Of a stretch of DNA of 64,000 nt, positions 1-14,168 are shown one piece after another. Position 1 is the first letter of the stretch; each line of letters starts with the position of its first letter. A program made the translations under genes and the position numbers. The notes below the pieces were generated by a model. That model saw only the letters and a list, made by a program, of their open reading frames with translations, was not told where the DNA came from and ran no database searches. Origin of the DNA: Octopus vulgaris. Its lineage: Eukaryota. The stretch covers positions 2,170,001 through 2,234,000 of the forward strand of contig OX597814.1 in NCBI GenBank assembly GCA_951406725.2, in the 5' to 3' direction.

Positions 1-31
1 AAAACCTGCTCGTGCCACCTTCTTGTGTTTT

Positions 32-63
<32 letters not shown>

Positions 64-93
64 TTATATATATATATATTTATATATAAAAAG

Positions 94-293
94 AATTGCA
101 GCGTGGAAGGTGTTTATAAGCCATTTAAGAAACACAAAAACCGATAGATTCACTTCCACATTCAAATTTAATTTGTCAAAATATTTTCGTCGCTTTGAGA
201 CCGCGACCTGTTCACTGACAAAACTTCGTGCTGCATCTAACGGTTTTTGTGCGCTTCTTAAATGGCTTATAAACACCTTCCACGTTGCAATTG
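94..293. repeat. Fold-back element with ~55-bp inverted arms enclosing a hammerhead-like motif
   Basis: aattgcagcgtggaaggtgtttataagccatttaagaa...(from 94) is the near reverse complement of ...ttcttaaatggcttataaacaccttccacgttgcaatt (to ~292); starts right after (TA)n. Confidence 0.85.
172..222 (-). ncRNA. Minimal type-I hammerhead-like motif, G3:C8 core variant
   Basis: Minus strand UUUGUCA-GUGAACA-g-GUCGC(ggucucaaa)GCGAC-GAA-AAUAUU-U-UGACAAA: 7-bp stem I, 5-bp stem II, palindromic stem III. Confidence 0.6.
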
Positions 294-496
294 TTTTCGT
301 TCCAGCACACGACCTCAGATCAGGTCACTTGCTATGCAAGTACCTCTCCGTAATATATATACACAACCCGTGTCCGATATATTACGAGCAGGGGGGCAAA
401 CGTTATTAGATTTAGCGGTGATTATACAAGTATACCTGTCTGGTTTCAGAGTATTTCTCTTCGCCAGTACAGAACACCTGTCAGCTAGAAATGGCA

Positions 497-733
497 ATCG
501 TTCATCCTAGCTCGCAATATATAGATAATTAAGTGACAATCAGCCGCTGATTAAAAAAAATGGCTGTAATGTATTTCCGTTCGTAACACCCATCTTGAAA
601 TGGCGAAAAACATTAGTTTTCAGTATTGTTACTACTTACATCTCTTATAGAGATTTTAAAACCTGTTGTTTTGTGGCAAAATCAGCGGCTGAAGGTCGCT
701 TACTTTTCTATATTTTGCAAGCTAGGACGAACG
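497..733. repeat. Imperfect inverted repeat / MITE-like element
   Basis: tcgttcatcctagctcgcaa vs ttgcaagctaggacgaacga; tcagccgctgatt vs aatcagcggctga. Confidence 0.6.
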
Positions 734-759
734 ACAATTGTAAGTAATTTTGGCATCAA

Positions 760-1110
760 TTCCGCACGGATTTTACGAAAGCGAAGCATGTCTTGGATGA
801 TTTTGCATGTAGGAACTTGACTAATCTGCAGAGGACATGCCGTCTCATCGATGGCCACACGTCAGTTCTCTAGAACCATCTCTTGAGCTGCTTGAATCTT
901 GACATCAGTGGTGGAGGTTGATGGTTGCCCTGCACCCTCTTCGTGCTTCACGCTTGTCCGGCCATTTTTAAACTTCTCGATCCACTCATACACACTTTTA
1001 CCCAGTTGAGCGCTGTCTCCGTATAGTGGTGGTGTAAACCTGCGATGATTTTCAGCCCCTGACACACCTTCAGACCAGAGAAATAAAATCATTGGTCTCT
1101 ATTCTTCTTT
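760..1110 (-). mobile_element. Decayed mariner transposase, N-terminal HTH region
   Basis: ORF 862-1092 LWSEGVSGAENHRR...VYEWIEKFKNGRTSVKHEEGAGQPSTS resembles the mariner DNA-binding domain (W...FK.G..S..D..RSGRPS); ends in a premature stop. Confidence 0.85.
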
Positions 1111-1125
1111 GGTACACATTATCAC

Positions 1126-1216
1126 ACCTCGGCGGAATTTGAACTCAGAACGTAGCGTCAGACGAAATACCGCTAAGCATTTCGCCCGGCGAGTTAACGA
1201 TTCCGCCAGCTGCCGC
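1126..1216 (-). mobile_element. SINE family E, 5' head fragment
   Basis: Reverse complement ggcggcagctggcggaatcgttaactcgccgggcgaaatgcttagcggtatttcgtctgacg matches the copy at 44634. Confidence 0.8.
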
Positions 1217-1226
1217 CATAGGTTAC

Positions 1227-1532
1227 GTTGTTGTTTGTTCCTTCTCGAGCCATGCCTGGCTCATCAGGGCCGGTTTCCCGGTTACCTTGGCGTATAGGTT
1301 CCCCACCTGGACGGGACGCCGGTCCGTCGTAGGTAAGCTGCTAGATGCAGGAGGAGAGTGAGAGAGAGTTGTAGCAAAATTGTCAGCAGATGTTCGCCAT
1401 CACCTTCTACCTGAGCTGCGTGGAGCTTAGGTGTTTCACTCACAAACACACTCATCGCCCAGTCTGAGATTCGAACTCGCGATCCCTCGAGCGCAAGTCT
1501 GCTGCTCTAACCACTAGGCCATGTGCCTCCAC
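1227..1532 (-). mobile_element. tRNA-derived SINE family B head with tail type 2
   Basis: Head gtggaggcacatggcctagtggttagagcagc (A box) ...gagttcgaatctc (B box); tail ...ggctcgagaaggaacaaacaacaac; homologous to 20747-21048. Confidence 0.85.
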
Positions 1533-1683
1533 ATAAGTTACGTAGTAATAATGAAAGAACTACTATTTTATATATTTGTTTTTTTTTTTTTCAATATGAA
1601 AATAATGTATTGTGAATGAAATGAAAAAAGAGAGATAAAACTTCATACTAACAATCAAAGAATCGACGGATAATTTTGATCTA

Positions 1684-2078
1684 GGCGCAGGCGTAGCTGC
1701 ATGGCAAGAGGCTTGCTTCTCAATCACATGGTTCCGGGTTCAGTCCTACTACGTGGCGCCTTGTGCAGATGTTTTCTAATATAGGCTCGGGCCAACCAAA
1801 GCTTTGTGAGTGGATTTGGTAGAAGGAAACTGAAAGAAGCCCGTCGTATATATATATATGTTGCGTATGTGTTTGTGTTTGTCCCCCCCCCCCCACCATC
1901 GGTTGACAACCGATGCTGGTGTGTTTACGTCCCTGTAACTTAGCGGATCGGCAAAAGTGACCGATAGAATAAGTACTAGCCTTACAAAGAACAAGTCCCG
2001 GTGTCGGTTTCTTCGACTAACACCATTTAAGGTGGTGCTCAGCATGGCCGCAGTGAAGTGACTGAAACAAATAAAAGG
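1684..2078 (+). mobile_element. tRNA-derived SINE family A with internal (TA)/(TG) microsatellite
   Basis: ggcgcaggcgtagctg...ggttcagtcc...gaaactgaaagaagcccgtcg(ta)n...gcatggccgcagt...gactgaaacaa; more than 10 copies in window. Confidence 0.9.
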
Positions 2079-2288
2079 CGCAATGGCCTAGTGGTTAGGG
2101 CAGCGGACTTGCGGTCGGAGGATCGCGGTTTCGATTCCCAGACCGGGCGTTGTGTGTGTTTATTGAGCGAAAACACCTAAAAGTTCCACGAGGCTCCGGC
2201 AGAGGTGGTGATCCCTGCTGTACTATTTCACCACTCTAAAAGGCGGTGCTCCAGCATGGCCGCAGTCAAATGACTGAAACAAGTACAA

Positions 2289-2328
<40 letters not shown>

Positions 2329-2552
2329 CATTTTTTTTTTTTTTTTTTTTGTACTTGTTTCAGTCATTTGACTGCGGCCATGCTGGAGCACCGCCTTTTG
2401 AGTACAGCAGGGATCACCACTCCTGCCGGAGCCTCGTGGAGCTTTTAGGTGTTTTCGCTCAATAAACACACACAACGCCCGGTCTGGAATCGAAACCGCG
2501 ATCCTCCGACCACAAGTCCGCTGCCCTAACCACTAGGCCATTGCGCCTCCAC
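2077..2552. repeat. Palindrome of two chimeric SINEs (B head + A tail), tail-to-tail
   Basis: 2077-2286 vs reverse complement of 2351-2552, centred on A-run/(TA)n/T-run. Confidence 0.9.
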
Positions 2553-2911
2553 AGTAAATATGAACGCATATATGAATACAGATAGACTAATATGTCAATA
2601 TATCTACTTGTCTATATAACTATGTGTGTGAGTGTATGCATGTGTATATGTGAATATCATATGTGGGTATGTGTATGTAAGTACCTATAAGTCTGATTAG
2701 TTGCGGTTGGCTTTAAATACAGATGAAATAGTACGCAATACGTAAGCAAAGCGTGTATAATAAATTTATAATTAAGAATATTTGAATTCACTCAGAGGGA
2801 ATATGGCGTTTCGTGTCAAGGCACTTGTCAAACCAAATATCTTGGTACGAAACTCTAAGCTCTTGAGCAGTTCTTATCATATATGTATATATCTATATAT
2901 ATCTATATATA

Positions 2912-2951
<40 letters not shown>

Positions 2952-2987
2952 TGTATATATATATATATGTATATATACATGTGTGTG

Positions 2988-3037
<50 letters not shown>

Positions 3038-3427
3038 ATGTATGTATGCATATATATATATATGTATATATACATATGTATGTGTGTGTATGTATATAAT
3101 CATATCTATTGTATGCATGTGGGTAGGTAGATGGGTGTGTACATGTGAACATGTATGTGTGTGCTCGTGGGTAGTTTTATGTGATACCTAATCCAAATAG
3201 GATGGATTAGATATCTAAACAATTCGCGATAATATGGTTTTTAAGACGTATGTCATAATTGTTTTGACGTCCAGAAGTACTTATACATACACACACATAT
3301 ATACTGTACGCATTCATGTATATATGCATACATACACACACACACACATATATATATTTGATATATATACTTATATATATATATATATACATATATATAT
3401 GTTTATATATATATATATATATGTATA

Positions 3428-3477
<50 letters not shown>

Positions 3478-3684
3478 CATGCACACAATTATCTTTAAAT
3501 GCCTTTGTGTGTGTGTGTAGTTTTGAGTTTGTGATTGAATAGGTGCGCGCACGCTTGTATATGCATTCCTATAAGTTGCTGAGTTGCCCCTACGACAGAA
3601 GCCAAGCGGATTTATAATGAAGTACTTTTGGTACTTCTTCAAGTAAAAGGTAACTTTTTGCATTCGAACATATATTAACTGCAT

Positions 3685-3723
<39 letters not shown>

Positions 3724-3725
<2 letters not shown>

Positions 3726-3877
3726 TTTAAGCAGCAGAAAATTCAACAAAATCTGTTACTCTGAGTTTCTCGTTGCCGTTCATGAATTTTCTACTGCTTA
3801 AAATAAAGCATATTACTACCACTGGTATTTGAGTACTCTTTTTCCACCTTGTTTCACATTTATGTGTTTACTCCGGT
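3724..3877 (+). mobile_element. Short fold-back Penelope-pLTR-like element with truncated hammerhead
   Basis: gcagcagaaaattca...tgaattttctactgc inverted; same family as 35668, 51853, 59991; ends tgtgtttactccgg(TA)n. Confidence 0.7.
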
Positions 3878-3905
3878 ATATATATATATATATATAATCC
3901 TATAG

Positions 3906-3998
3906 GTAATCCACACATGAACAAAGAAAAAAACACAACAACGCGAGGACGTGGAATAAGTATAGTGTTATTGGACGCTCTGGAAACGAAAGAAAGTA

Positions 3999-4000
<2 letters not shown>
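3906..4000 (-). mobile_element. Fragment of hammerhead-bearing short element family (as 33141, 47097)
   Basis: Shares gaggacgtggaa(t/c)aagtatagtg(t/g)tattggacgctc with the other copies. Confidence 0.7.
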
Positions 4001-4046
<46 letters not shown>

Positions 4047-4468
4047 GATGTGGAGAATATACCGCCAACTTTGCCCAAACGACCTGAACATTAGCTTCAA
4101 GGTTCATCCAAGACTGGGACCACGGGCCATACGTCCCCTGCCCAATTCAAGATCACAGCATACATGTACGCTGCAACATAATTTCTTTTCCTCAACAGGC
4201 CGTGCCCTATTTAACATTGTCCCGAAAGAGATCAACGAGGAAAATGATCCCATCAACTTTAAACGGAGTCTGGATAGATTCCTTTAAGGAATACCAGATA
4301 AGCCACCCATAATTGGATACAACTCACCCAACAAAAACTCACTACTTGAATGGACCATAAACAAAACTTGACTTAAACAGGATTCAAATAATCCTATCAG
4401 GTGGTGCTATTAGGTTAGACATGGCCTGGACCAATCTTTTGTCGAAACATATCTAAGTTTATCTAAGT

Positions 4469-4470
<2 letters not shown>
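4047..4470 (+). mobile_element. CR1/L2-like LINE 3' fragment (ORF2 C-terminus + 3' UTR)
   Basis: GRALFNIVPKEINEENDPINFKRSLDRFL followed by IPDKPP, typical CR1-group ORF2 end; tail tatctaagt x2 then (TA)n. Confidence 0.85.
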
Positions 4471-4515
<45 letters not shown>

Positions 4516-4721
4516 AGAGTTACGCAATGGAATATGTAAGATCGGGGCTGCATATGTTCAAAAGCGGGTGGAACCTCAGAAGGATATCTTGGTCTGAAGA
4601 GTAGCCAGCGGTATACACCTCGCTTGGTTTTTAACCACTTCTGAGGTTGCACCCGCTATGAAACATCTTTGGCTCGGATCTTAAATACTCCATTCCGTAA
4701 CACTTGTATTCTTATTCGCGC

Positions 4722-4744
4722 ACCCGGCAACGCTGGTTGCCTAG
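4722..4744 (+). mobile_element. Possible Helitron 3' terminus
   Basis: cccggcaacgctggttgcctag resembles the hairpin+CTAG end at 25361-25388. Confidence 0.35.
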
Positions 4745-5034
4745 CGTGGAATATAAAAAGAGCGTTTTTTCACCTTAGCGTCCTTCGATACTGAAAACAA
4801 ACAAAAAGAAAAAAATCTACACCCTTTCCTCTCAATAAACCACTGTTGTCGTTAAAATTTGTTTTTTTTTAAATGTATTTACTACGGCTTGCTTGAAGCT
4901 AACTTTCTTCCTACACCTCGATCCTTGAATGTTACCTTTATATATATTATTCAAAGAGATTCCAACTCTGTCTGTTTTTATGCTTTATTTATATTCTTTA
5001 TAATATTAATGTAGAATATAGAATATATAGTATA

Positions 5035-5075
<41 letters not shown>

Positions 5076-5173
5076 ATGAAATGAAGTATTGATTGTCTTA
5101 TTGAATAGATGAAATGTTGAATATATGTTGAATATATATATATATGTATATATAAATATATATATATATATGC

Positions 5174-5237
<64 letters not shown>

Positions 5238-5349
5238 GTATATATATGTACATAGATACATATATATATACATGCATATATACATATATATATATACATA
5301 TCTGTATATATATATGTATACATATATGTATATATATATGTATATATAT

Positions 5350-5387
<38 letters not shown>

Positions 5388-5553
5388 GTATATGTACATG
5401 TATATATATAAAAACAGATATTTATATATATAATTGTGTTTACACACACTCACGCACACATAAACACACATATATTATTTTTCCTATATTTTGTATATCT
5501 ATCTATATATATCTATATTTACTGTCTATCTATCTATTTATCGATCTATCTGC

Positions 5554-5605
<52 letters not shown>

Positions 5606-5824
5606 CATTGTACGTACTTCCAAACATCTATGCATTGCACATAATCACATACGTTATCAGTTCTTTAAACTGGTGTAAATTGCGTGTTCCACGAACTACC
5701 TGCGTATGCAGGCAAGGAGTAGAAGCAAGCACGACTTCTGTAAAGTCCATCCTGGCCGTAGCTTTCAGTACCGGCGCGGGGAATGGATAAAAAAGCGTAC
5801 AGGTAACTCGTAACATAGCAAACA

Positions 5825-6206
5825 GTGGAGGCGCAATGGCCCAGTGGTTAGGGCAGCGGACTCGCGGTCATAGGATCGCGGTTTCGATTCCCAGTCCGGG
5901 CGTTGTGAGTGTTTATTGAGCGAAAACACCTAAAGCTCCACGAGGTTCCGGCAGGGGATGGTGGTGATCCCTGCTGTACTCTTTCACCACAACTTTCTCT
6001 CACTCTTTCTTCCTGTTTCTGTTGTACCTGTATTTCAAAGGGCCGGCCTTGTCACTCTCTGTGTCACGCTGAATATCCCCGAGAACTACGTTAAGGGTGC
6101 ACGTGTCTGTGGAGTGCTCAGCCACTTACACGTTAATTTCACGAGCAGGCTGTTCCGTTGATTCGGATCAACCGGAACCCTCACCGTCGTAACCGACGGA
6201 GTGCTT
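5825..6206 (+). mobile_element. SINE family B, full length, tail type 1
   Basis: A box tggcccagtgg, B box ggtttcgattcc; tail ...gtcgtaaccgacggagtgc; homologous to 13290 and 44050. Confidence 0.9.
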
Positions 6207-6596
6207 CCATATATCCAACATAGCAAATAACAAGCAATGTTGTTGAACATAGACAGGTAAAAGCGATGTTATCCTTGCAGTGTGGTCAGGAACGTAATTG
6301 TACCACAGGGTTACAATCAACGGTTATTTTCTTTTTCGGAACGAAAGTAAAAGAAAAAAATAAATAATGCGATATGACGATACTGTCAGTTTGTCAGGGA
6401 GAATATTTTAAGTGTGTGTTCACAAAATGCTAATTCACATGTGAGATTAAGTTTGGTCTCTGTAGATAAATTAAATAAATATTTTGCTAAATAAAGAATT
6501 AGATGAATAAAAGATAAACAGAAAATAGAAAAAATCAAAAGAAAATAAAACGTGTAGGGATGCCATTGATTAAGTTCGGTAAGTCTATAAAATATA

Positions 6597-6827
6597 GTGG
6601 AGGTGCAATGGCCAAGTGGTAAGGTCAGCGGACTCACGGTCGTGGGATCACTGTTTCGATTCCCAGACCGGGCGTTGTGAGTGTTTATAGAGCGAAAACA
6701 CTTTAAAGCTCCACGAGATTCTAGCAGGGGGATGGTGGCGAACCATGCTGTTCTCTTTCACCACAACTTTTTCACACTATTTCTTCCTGTTTCTGTTGTA
6801 TCTGTATTCTAAAGGGTCAGCCTTGTT
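6597..6827 (+). mobile_element. SINE family B, 3'-truncated
   Basis: Homologous to the first ~230 bp of the copy at 5825. Confidence 0.85.
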
Positions 6828-6900
6828 ACACATACACAAACCAACGTATGCTGGTTTTGTCAAAGAGGAGTTGGCTACAAACAAACACATACCCAAGAAC

Positions 6901-6932
<32 letters not shown>

Positions 6933-6933
<1 letters not shown>

Positions 6934-7210
6934 CACGTGTTCACGTGACCGACCACATCGGTGGTCACAATGCGCTTCGCATTTTTTTAGCCTTCAGAAG
7001 ACGCCATCCCGCTGGCTAGGCGAGCAGGCCTACAGAAGAAGGAGTGTGAGAATGTTGTGGCGAAAGAGTACAGCAGGGATCGCCACCACCACCCTGCCGG
7101 AGTCTCGTGGAGCTTTAGGTGTTTTCGCTCAATAAACACTCACAACGCCCGGTCTGAGAATCGAAACCGCGAGTCCGCTGCCCTAAACACTAGGCCATTG
7201 CGCCTCCACA
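6933..7210 (-). mobile_element. SINE family B head with tail type 3
   Basis: Tail (reverse complement) ggcctgctcgcctagccagcgggatggcgtc...gcgaagcgcattgtgacc...ggtcggtcacgtga matches 52991-53095. Confidence 0.85.
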
Positions 7211-7239
7211 CGCACACACATATATATATACACACGAAG

Positions 7240-7452
7240 GTGGAGGCGCGTGGCTTAGTGGTTAGGGTGTCAGCATCATGATCGTAAGATTGTGGTTTCG
7301 ATTCCTGGACCGGGCGACGCGTTGTGTTCTTGAGCAAAACACTTCATTTCACGTTGCTCCAGTCCACTCAGCTGGCAAAAATGAGTAACGCTGCGATGGA
7401 CTGGCGTCCCGTCCAGCGGGGGAACGCTTGCGACATTGAGACCGGGAAACTG
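7240..7452 (+). mobile_element. tRNA-derived SINE family D
   Basis: tggcttagtggttagggtgtcagc...ggtttcgattcc...ttgagcaaaacacttcatttcacgttgctccagtccactcagctgg; homologous to 30425-30661. Confidence 0.85.
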
Positions 7453-7481
7453 CTTCAAAAGGGCGTTTTTATTATTATATA

Positions 7482-7650
7482 TACGAAGGGCTTCTTTCAG
7501 TTTCCGTGTATCAAATCCGCTCATAAGCCTTCGTTCGGCTGCGGCTATAATAATGGACACTTGCTGAAGGTGCCGCAGAGTGGAACTGAAGCCCCGGAGC
7601 CATGTCGCTGAAAACCAGACCTTGTGATTCCGCGGCCAGTCCTGAGCCTA
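7482..7650 (-). mobile_element. SINE family A, degenerate 5' half
   Basis: gggcttctttcagtttccgt...gacacttgctgaaggtgccgcag. Confidence 0.65.
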
Positions 7651-7911
7651 TATGTATGTATATATATGTGTGTATTGCATGTATGTATATATACATGAGT
7701 ATATATATTTATACACTGCGGCTGCAGTCATGCTGGATCACCATATATATATTTACATTGGTAAATAAATACAAAGATTGATAGAGACATCGATCGATCG
7801 ATAGATATATAGTTTGATACATAGATCGGTAGCTAGATAGACAGATAGATAGATAGTAAGATAGCTGGCAAGATAAATAGATGGATAGATAGGTAGTTAG
7901 ATAGATAAATG

Positions 7912-7969
<58 letters not shown>

Positions 7970-8209
7970 CAGACAGATATATGGATAATTAGGTAGATAG
8001 TACTGCGTAACGACAATAATGAAAGTGAACTTTTTAAACAACTATAAAAGTTATCAGTGTAAGAATAAAATATTATTTTCTTTAAAATTATTTAATTATA
8101 CGACACGTTAAAGTTTAAATGTATACATCAGTAAACATTAATATCTACGTGTGTGTCTATAGATATGTGTGTATTTATACATACACGCATACAAACATAC
8201 ATATATGTA

Positions 8210-8256
<47 letters not shown>

Positions 8257-8491
8257 ATATTTCTATATATTACTATATATATCGATATCTACATCTATAT
8301 ATCTATTTTACTATATATACACATATATGTAATGCCCACATGCAAATAGACACACACACACACTCATATATATATAAAGCTATATACATCCGCTTGTATG
8401 TAGATATTTCTTTCTCTCTCTCACTCTCTATATCCATCTATCCACCAATTTATGCATATCCATATGTATATAGATACACAAATATATACAT

Positions 8492-8554
<63 letters not shown>

Positions 8555-8590
8555 AAAACATATATGCATACATATATATGTATGTATATA

Positions 8591-8625
<35 letters not shown>

Positions 8626-8822
8626 ATGTATATATATATACATTGTATATATATAAATAGATATATACATACACACACTCTCTCTCTATATATATGCATA
8701 TATATACGTAAGCATATATATATATATATGTATGTATGTATATATATATGAATGTATATATATACATATATATATGTATGCACCCAGACGTTCATTTATG
8801 CATATATACACACATTCGAAAC

Positions 8823-8887
<65 letters not shown>

Positions 8888-8959
8888 TGTGTCTTCATGT
8901 GTGTGTGTCTATATATAAATAAGTAAAAATATGTATAGTATATGCGCATGTTATTTTAT

Positions 8960-9140
8960 TTTACTTTTTCTGTTTCAGCGGTTTGAATTTCGACAAGGTC
9001 ATGCTGGAGCACGGCGGAGAACTACACACGCACACACACGCACGCATACACGTCGGGTTTCTTACAAATTCTGTCCATCTTGGCCGGCCCAAGGCTCTAA
9101 TAGAAGACACGGTGTCACGCATTGGGCTTGGACCCGAACA
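8960..9140 (-). mobile_element. SINE family A, degenerate and internally deleted
   Basis: tgtttcag...catgctggagcac...ggcccaaggctctaatagaagacac. Confidence 0.55.
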
Positions 9141-9160
9141 TGTGTACGTGTGCCACCGCT

Positions 9161-9208
<48 letters not shown>

Positions 9209-9349
9209 TCACACATATATATATATAAATATATTATATATATATATATTATATATATTTATTTTTATGTATTGGGTTATGTTTTTCACTGTTTGATTTG
9301 TCTAATAGTGGTTTTATCTCTAATATAATTTATATATATATATATATAC

Positions 9350-9411
<62 letters not shown>

Positions 9412-9849
9412 TGAGAGAGAGGGAGAGAAAGAGAGAGAGAGAAAGAGAGAGATACTTACATAGTTACATATTTACATCCATACACATACATACATATACA
9501 TATTTACCTCTACATATATACATATATACGTATACATGTACATAAGAATATACATCCTTACGTACGTCCATACGTACATAAATACATACATACACAAATA
9601 CACACATACACACATAGATTTATACATACACACATACACACACATACACACATACACACATACATACATACGTACATATATACATGCATATATACTTACA
9701 TGCATACATTTATTCTGATAGATGCTGCAGTCAATCCAATAACAATATGTAAAACAGGTCCCTTATAAAATATTCAGGAAACAAACGCTTTCTCTAAACC
9801 AGAACAATACACACACACACACACACACATTTACATGCACATATTATAT

Positions 9850-9895
<46 letters not shown>

Positions 9896-10045
9896 ATATA
9901 TATATATATATATATGTACATAGATCGATAGATAGATATGTGCGTATTATATACAAACACATATAAACACACACATTTATATATATCTATATATATACAT
10001 TGATATATAAATATATATACATGTGTGTGTGAGAGTGTATATATG

Positions 10046-10103
<58 letters not shown>

Positions 10104-10592
10104 GTGAGTGAGAGAGAGAAAGAAAGACAGAGAGAGGGTAAGAAATATATACAAGCACGTGTATGTATAAATCTTTATACACATGAGTACGTTTGAGTGT
10201 TTGTATGTGTGCATATATATATATATATATAGGTATATGTGCGTGTATATATAATTGGATATAGATCGCTATATATCTATCTATCTCTCTATCTATCAAT
10301 CTGTCTGCCTGCTTGCCTGTCTGCCTGCCTGCCTGTCTGTATCTTTGTCGCGTTTTGTATGGGAATATTTTTAACGCACTATTTACATGCTATTATTTAT
10401 AGCTTTATGTGCTTCGAGTCCCACAGTACCATGCCGTACCATACACACACGCACATACCCACCCGCACATAGACATGCATACACTCATACACTCACACAC
10501 ATGCACACACACACACATATATATGTCTCCCTCTCTCTCTATCTGTGTGGGGAATTATTTATATATGCATATTTATACACACACACATACAT

Positions 10593-10644
<52 letters not shown>

Positions 10645-10650
10645 ATATAC

Positions 10651-10862
10651 TCTTTTACTCTTTTACTTGTTTCAGTCATTTGACTGCGGCCATGCTGGAG
10701 CACCGCCTTTAGTCGAGCAAATCGACCCCGGGACTTATTCTTTGTAAACCCAGTACTTATTCTATCGGTCTCTTTCTTCGAACCGCTAAGTGACGGGGAC
10801 GCAAACACACCAGCATCGGTTGTCAAGCAATGCTAGAGGGACAAACACAAACACACACGCAT

Positions 10863-10915
<53 letters not shown>

Positions 10916-11080
10916 TACGCCAGGCTTCTTTCAGTTTCCGTCTACCAAATCCACTCACATGGCACTGGTTGGCCCGGGGCTATAGCAGAAGACACTTGCC
11001 CAAGATGCCACGAAGTGGGACAGAACCCGGAATCATGTGTTTGGTTAGCAAGCTACTTACAACACACCCACTCCTGCGCC
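10651..11080 (-). mobile_element. SINE family A, full length, young
   Basis: Closely similar to 28285 and 44845. Confidence 0.92.
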
Positions 11081-11088
11081 TACATACA

Positions 11089-11148
<60 letters not shown>

Positions 11149-11407
11149 TCCTACATACATATATGTATGTATATATTAATGTATGTGCATGTAAGTATAC
11201 GTGTGTGTGCGTGCGTGTGTACCTTATACAAACACGTTTAAGGGGTTTGGATATCGATCTTTGTGTTCAGGTTTCTGTCATCAGTTCTGTGTATTGGGCT
11301 ACCTCCACTCACACATACCCGCTCACACAAAAATCCACCCACGCAATTATATGCAAACAGACCTGCATATATGTGTGTGTTTGTGTTTGTGTGTGTGTGT
11401 GGGTGTG

Positions 11408-11450
<43 letters not shown>

Positions 11451-11681
11451 ATGTGTGTGTGTATGTATATATATATATACACACATATATATAATGCATG
11501 AATATATATATATACACATATATATACATATGCATTGATACAAATGTATATATATATATATGTATATATTTATATATATATGTAAGTATATATATGTACA
11601 TAAATATATATATATATATGTATGTGTCTGTGTGTTCTCACGTATGTGTAACTGTGCGTATATATATATATACACACACAT

Positions 11682-11735
<54 letters not shown>

Positions 11736-11786
11736 TTTATAGAAGGAGCTTATTTACTGTGGTTAACCCCGACTCAACCCGGGACC

Positions 11787-11829
<43 letters not shown>

Positions 11830-12158
11830 GTATATGTGTGTGTGTGTGAGTTTGCGTGTGTATGTATGTCTATGCGTGGCTGGGTGTGTTCGCGTGTGTG
11901 TGATACTGTGGAACTCGAAGCACATAAAGCTATAAATAAAAGCATGTAAATACTGAGTTAAGAAATATTACCATGCTAAACGCGACATCCATATATACAT
12001 CCATATATACATCCATATATACATCCATATATACATACATACATTACAGATAGATAGATAGATAGATAGACGGATGCACTCTTTTAAGTGAATGAAAGAA
12101 TTTATTATACGAGTGTGTTCATGCGTGTGAGTGCTTGTGTGTATGTGTGTGGTTCGGC

Positions 12159-12206
<48 letters not shown>

Positions 12207-12217
12207 ATTTTCCATCC

Positions 12218-12296
<79 letters not shown>

Positions 12297-12405
12297 CATC
12301 TATCTATCTATCTCTCTCTATATATATGAATATATATATATGTACGTATGTATGTATTTATATATATATATATATATGCATATATATATATATATATATA
12401 TATAT

Positions 12406-12483
<78 letters not shown>

Positions 12484-12675
12484 TGCACATATAAGTGCGC
12501 GTATGCATATCCATGTGGGTATATATTTTTATAAGAATATCTCGAAGATTCTACCCGACGATATGCCCAGAACCATATATCTAAATATGTGTAATATCCA
12601 CCATATGATATTTACGTAGAATCCCATACAGAAACGTAACACACATACATGTATGCACCCATATTTGTATGTATG

Positions 12676-12742
<67 letters not shown>

Positions 12743-12752
12743 CTCTTATAAT

Positions 12753-13159
<407 letters not shown>

Positions 13160-13178
13160 AGACACACACACACACACG

Positions 13179-13209
<31 letters not shown>

Positions 13210-13236
13210 CTATGTCTGTATATGTATATATGAATG

Positions 13237-13275
<39 letters not shown>

Positions 13276-13289
13276 ATGTATATATGTAT

Positions 13290-13650
13290 GTGGAAGCACA
13301 ATGGCCCAGTGGTTAGGGCAACGGACTCGCGGTCGTAAGATAGCGGTTTCGATTCTCGGAGCGAGCGTTGTGAGTGTTTATTGAACGATTATGCCTGAAG
13401 TCCCACGAGGCTCCGACAGGGGGTGATGGCGACCCTGCTGTACTCTTTCACCACAACTTTCTCTCACTCTTTCTTCCTGTTTCTGTTGTACCTGTATTTC
13501 AAAGGGGCCACGCTGAATCTCCCCTAGAACTACGTTAAGGGTACACGTGTCTGTGGAGTGCTCAGCCACTTGCACGTTAGTTTCACAAACAAGCTGTTCT
13601 GATGATCGGATCAACTGGAACCCTCGTCGTCGTAACCGAGGGGGTGCCAC
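13290..13650 (+). mobile_element. SINE family B, tail type 1
   Basis: Homologous to 5825-6206. Confidence 0.88.
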
Positions 13651-13924
13651 GATATATATATGAATATAAAATATCTATATATGTATCTATATCTATATAT
13701 CTATCTATATATTTATATACATACATATATATATATATATGTATATCTATGTACATATGAATGTATATACATATATGTATGTGAGTGTGTGTGCATAAGT
13801 ATATGTGTATGTATATAAAATAGCTATCTATCTATCTGAGGTTACCGTGGTCTTTTCCGTAGGCTTTTCTTTCCACGGGTAAACCTCACCTGTCCCCCCC
13901 TTTACACTTCATATTGACATTTCT

Positions 13925-14137
13925 GTGATAACGATCCCTATTGATCATTTTTTTTCCTCTCCCCCTTTTTTTTTAACCCCCTTTTTTTTGTCCTCTTTCT
14001 CTCCTTTTACGATCCCTTTTGATCGAAACTCCCCCTTCCTTTTTTTTTTATTTTTTTTTTTTAAACCTTCAAAAGAAAAGCTCTACCTTGTAATTTGTTC
14101 TATCTGTGTGCAGCCCTGTGTGGCTAATAAAGAAACA

Positions 14138-14168
<31 letters not shown>

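Noticed and set aside
2800-2840. Minus-strand UUGACAA-GUG...CAC-GAAACG hammerhead-like string
   Set aside because: No UH triplet or stem I in register; at best a decayed remnant
5825-5900. tRNA-like sequence
   Set aside because: A/B boxes are the SINE head; it continues into the SINE body in many copies
11987-12034. catccatatata x4
   Set aside because: Simple minisatellite with no spacers; not CRISPR-like
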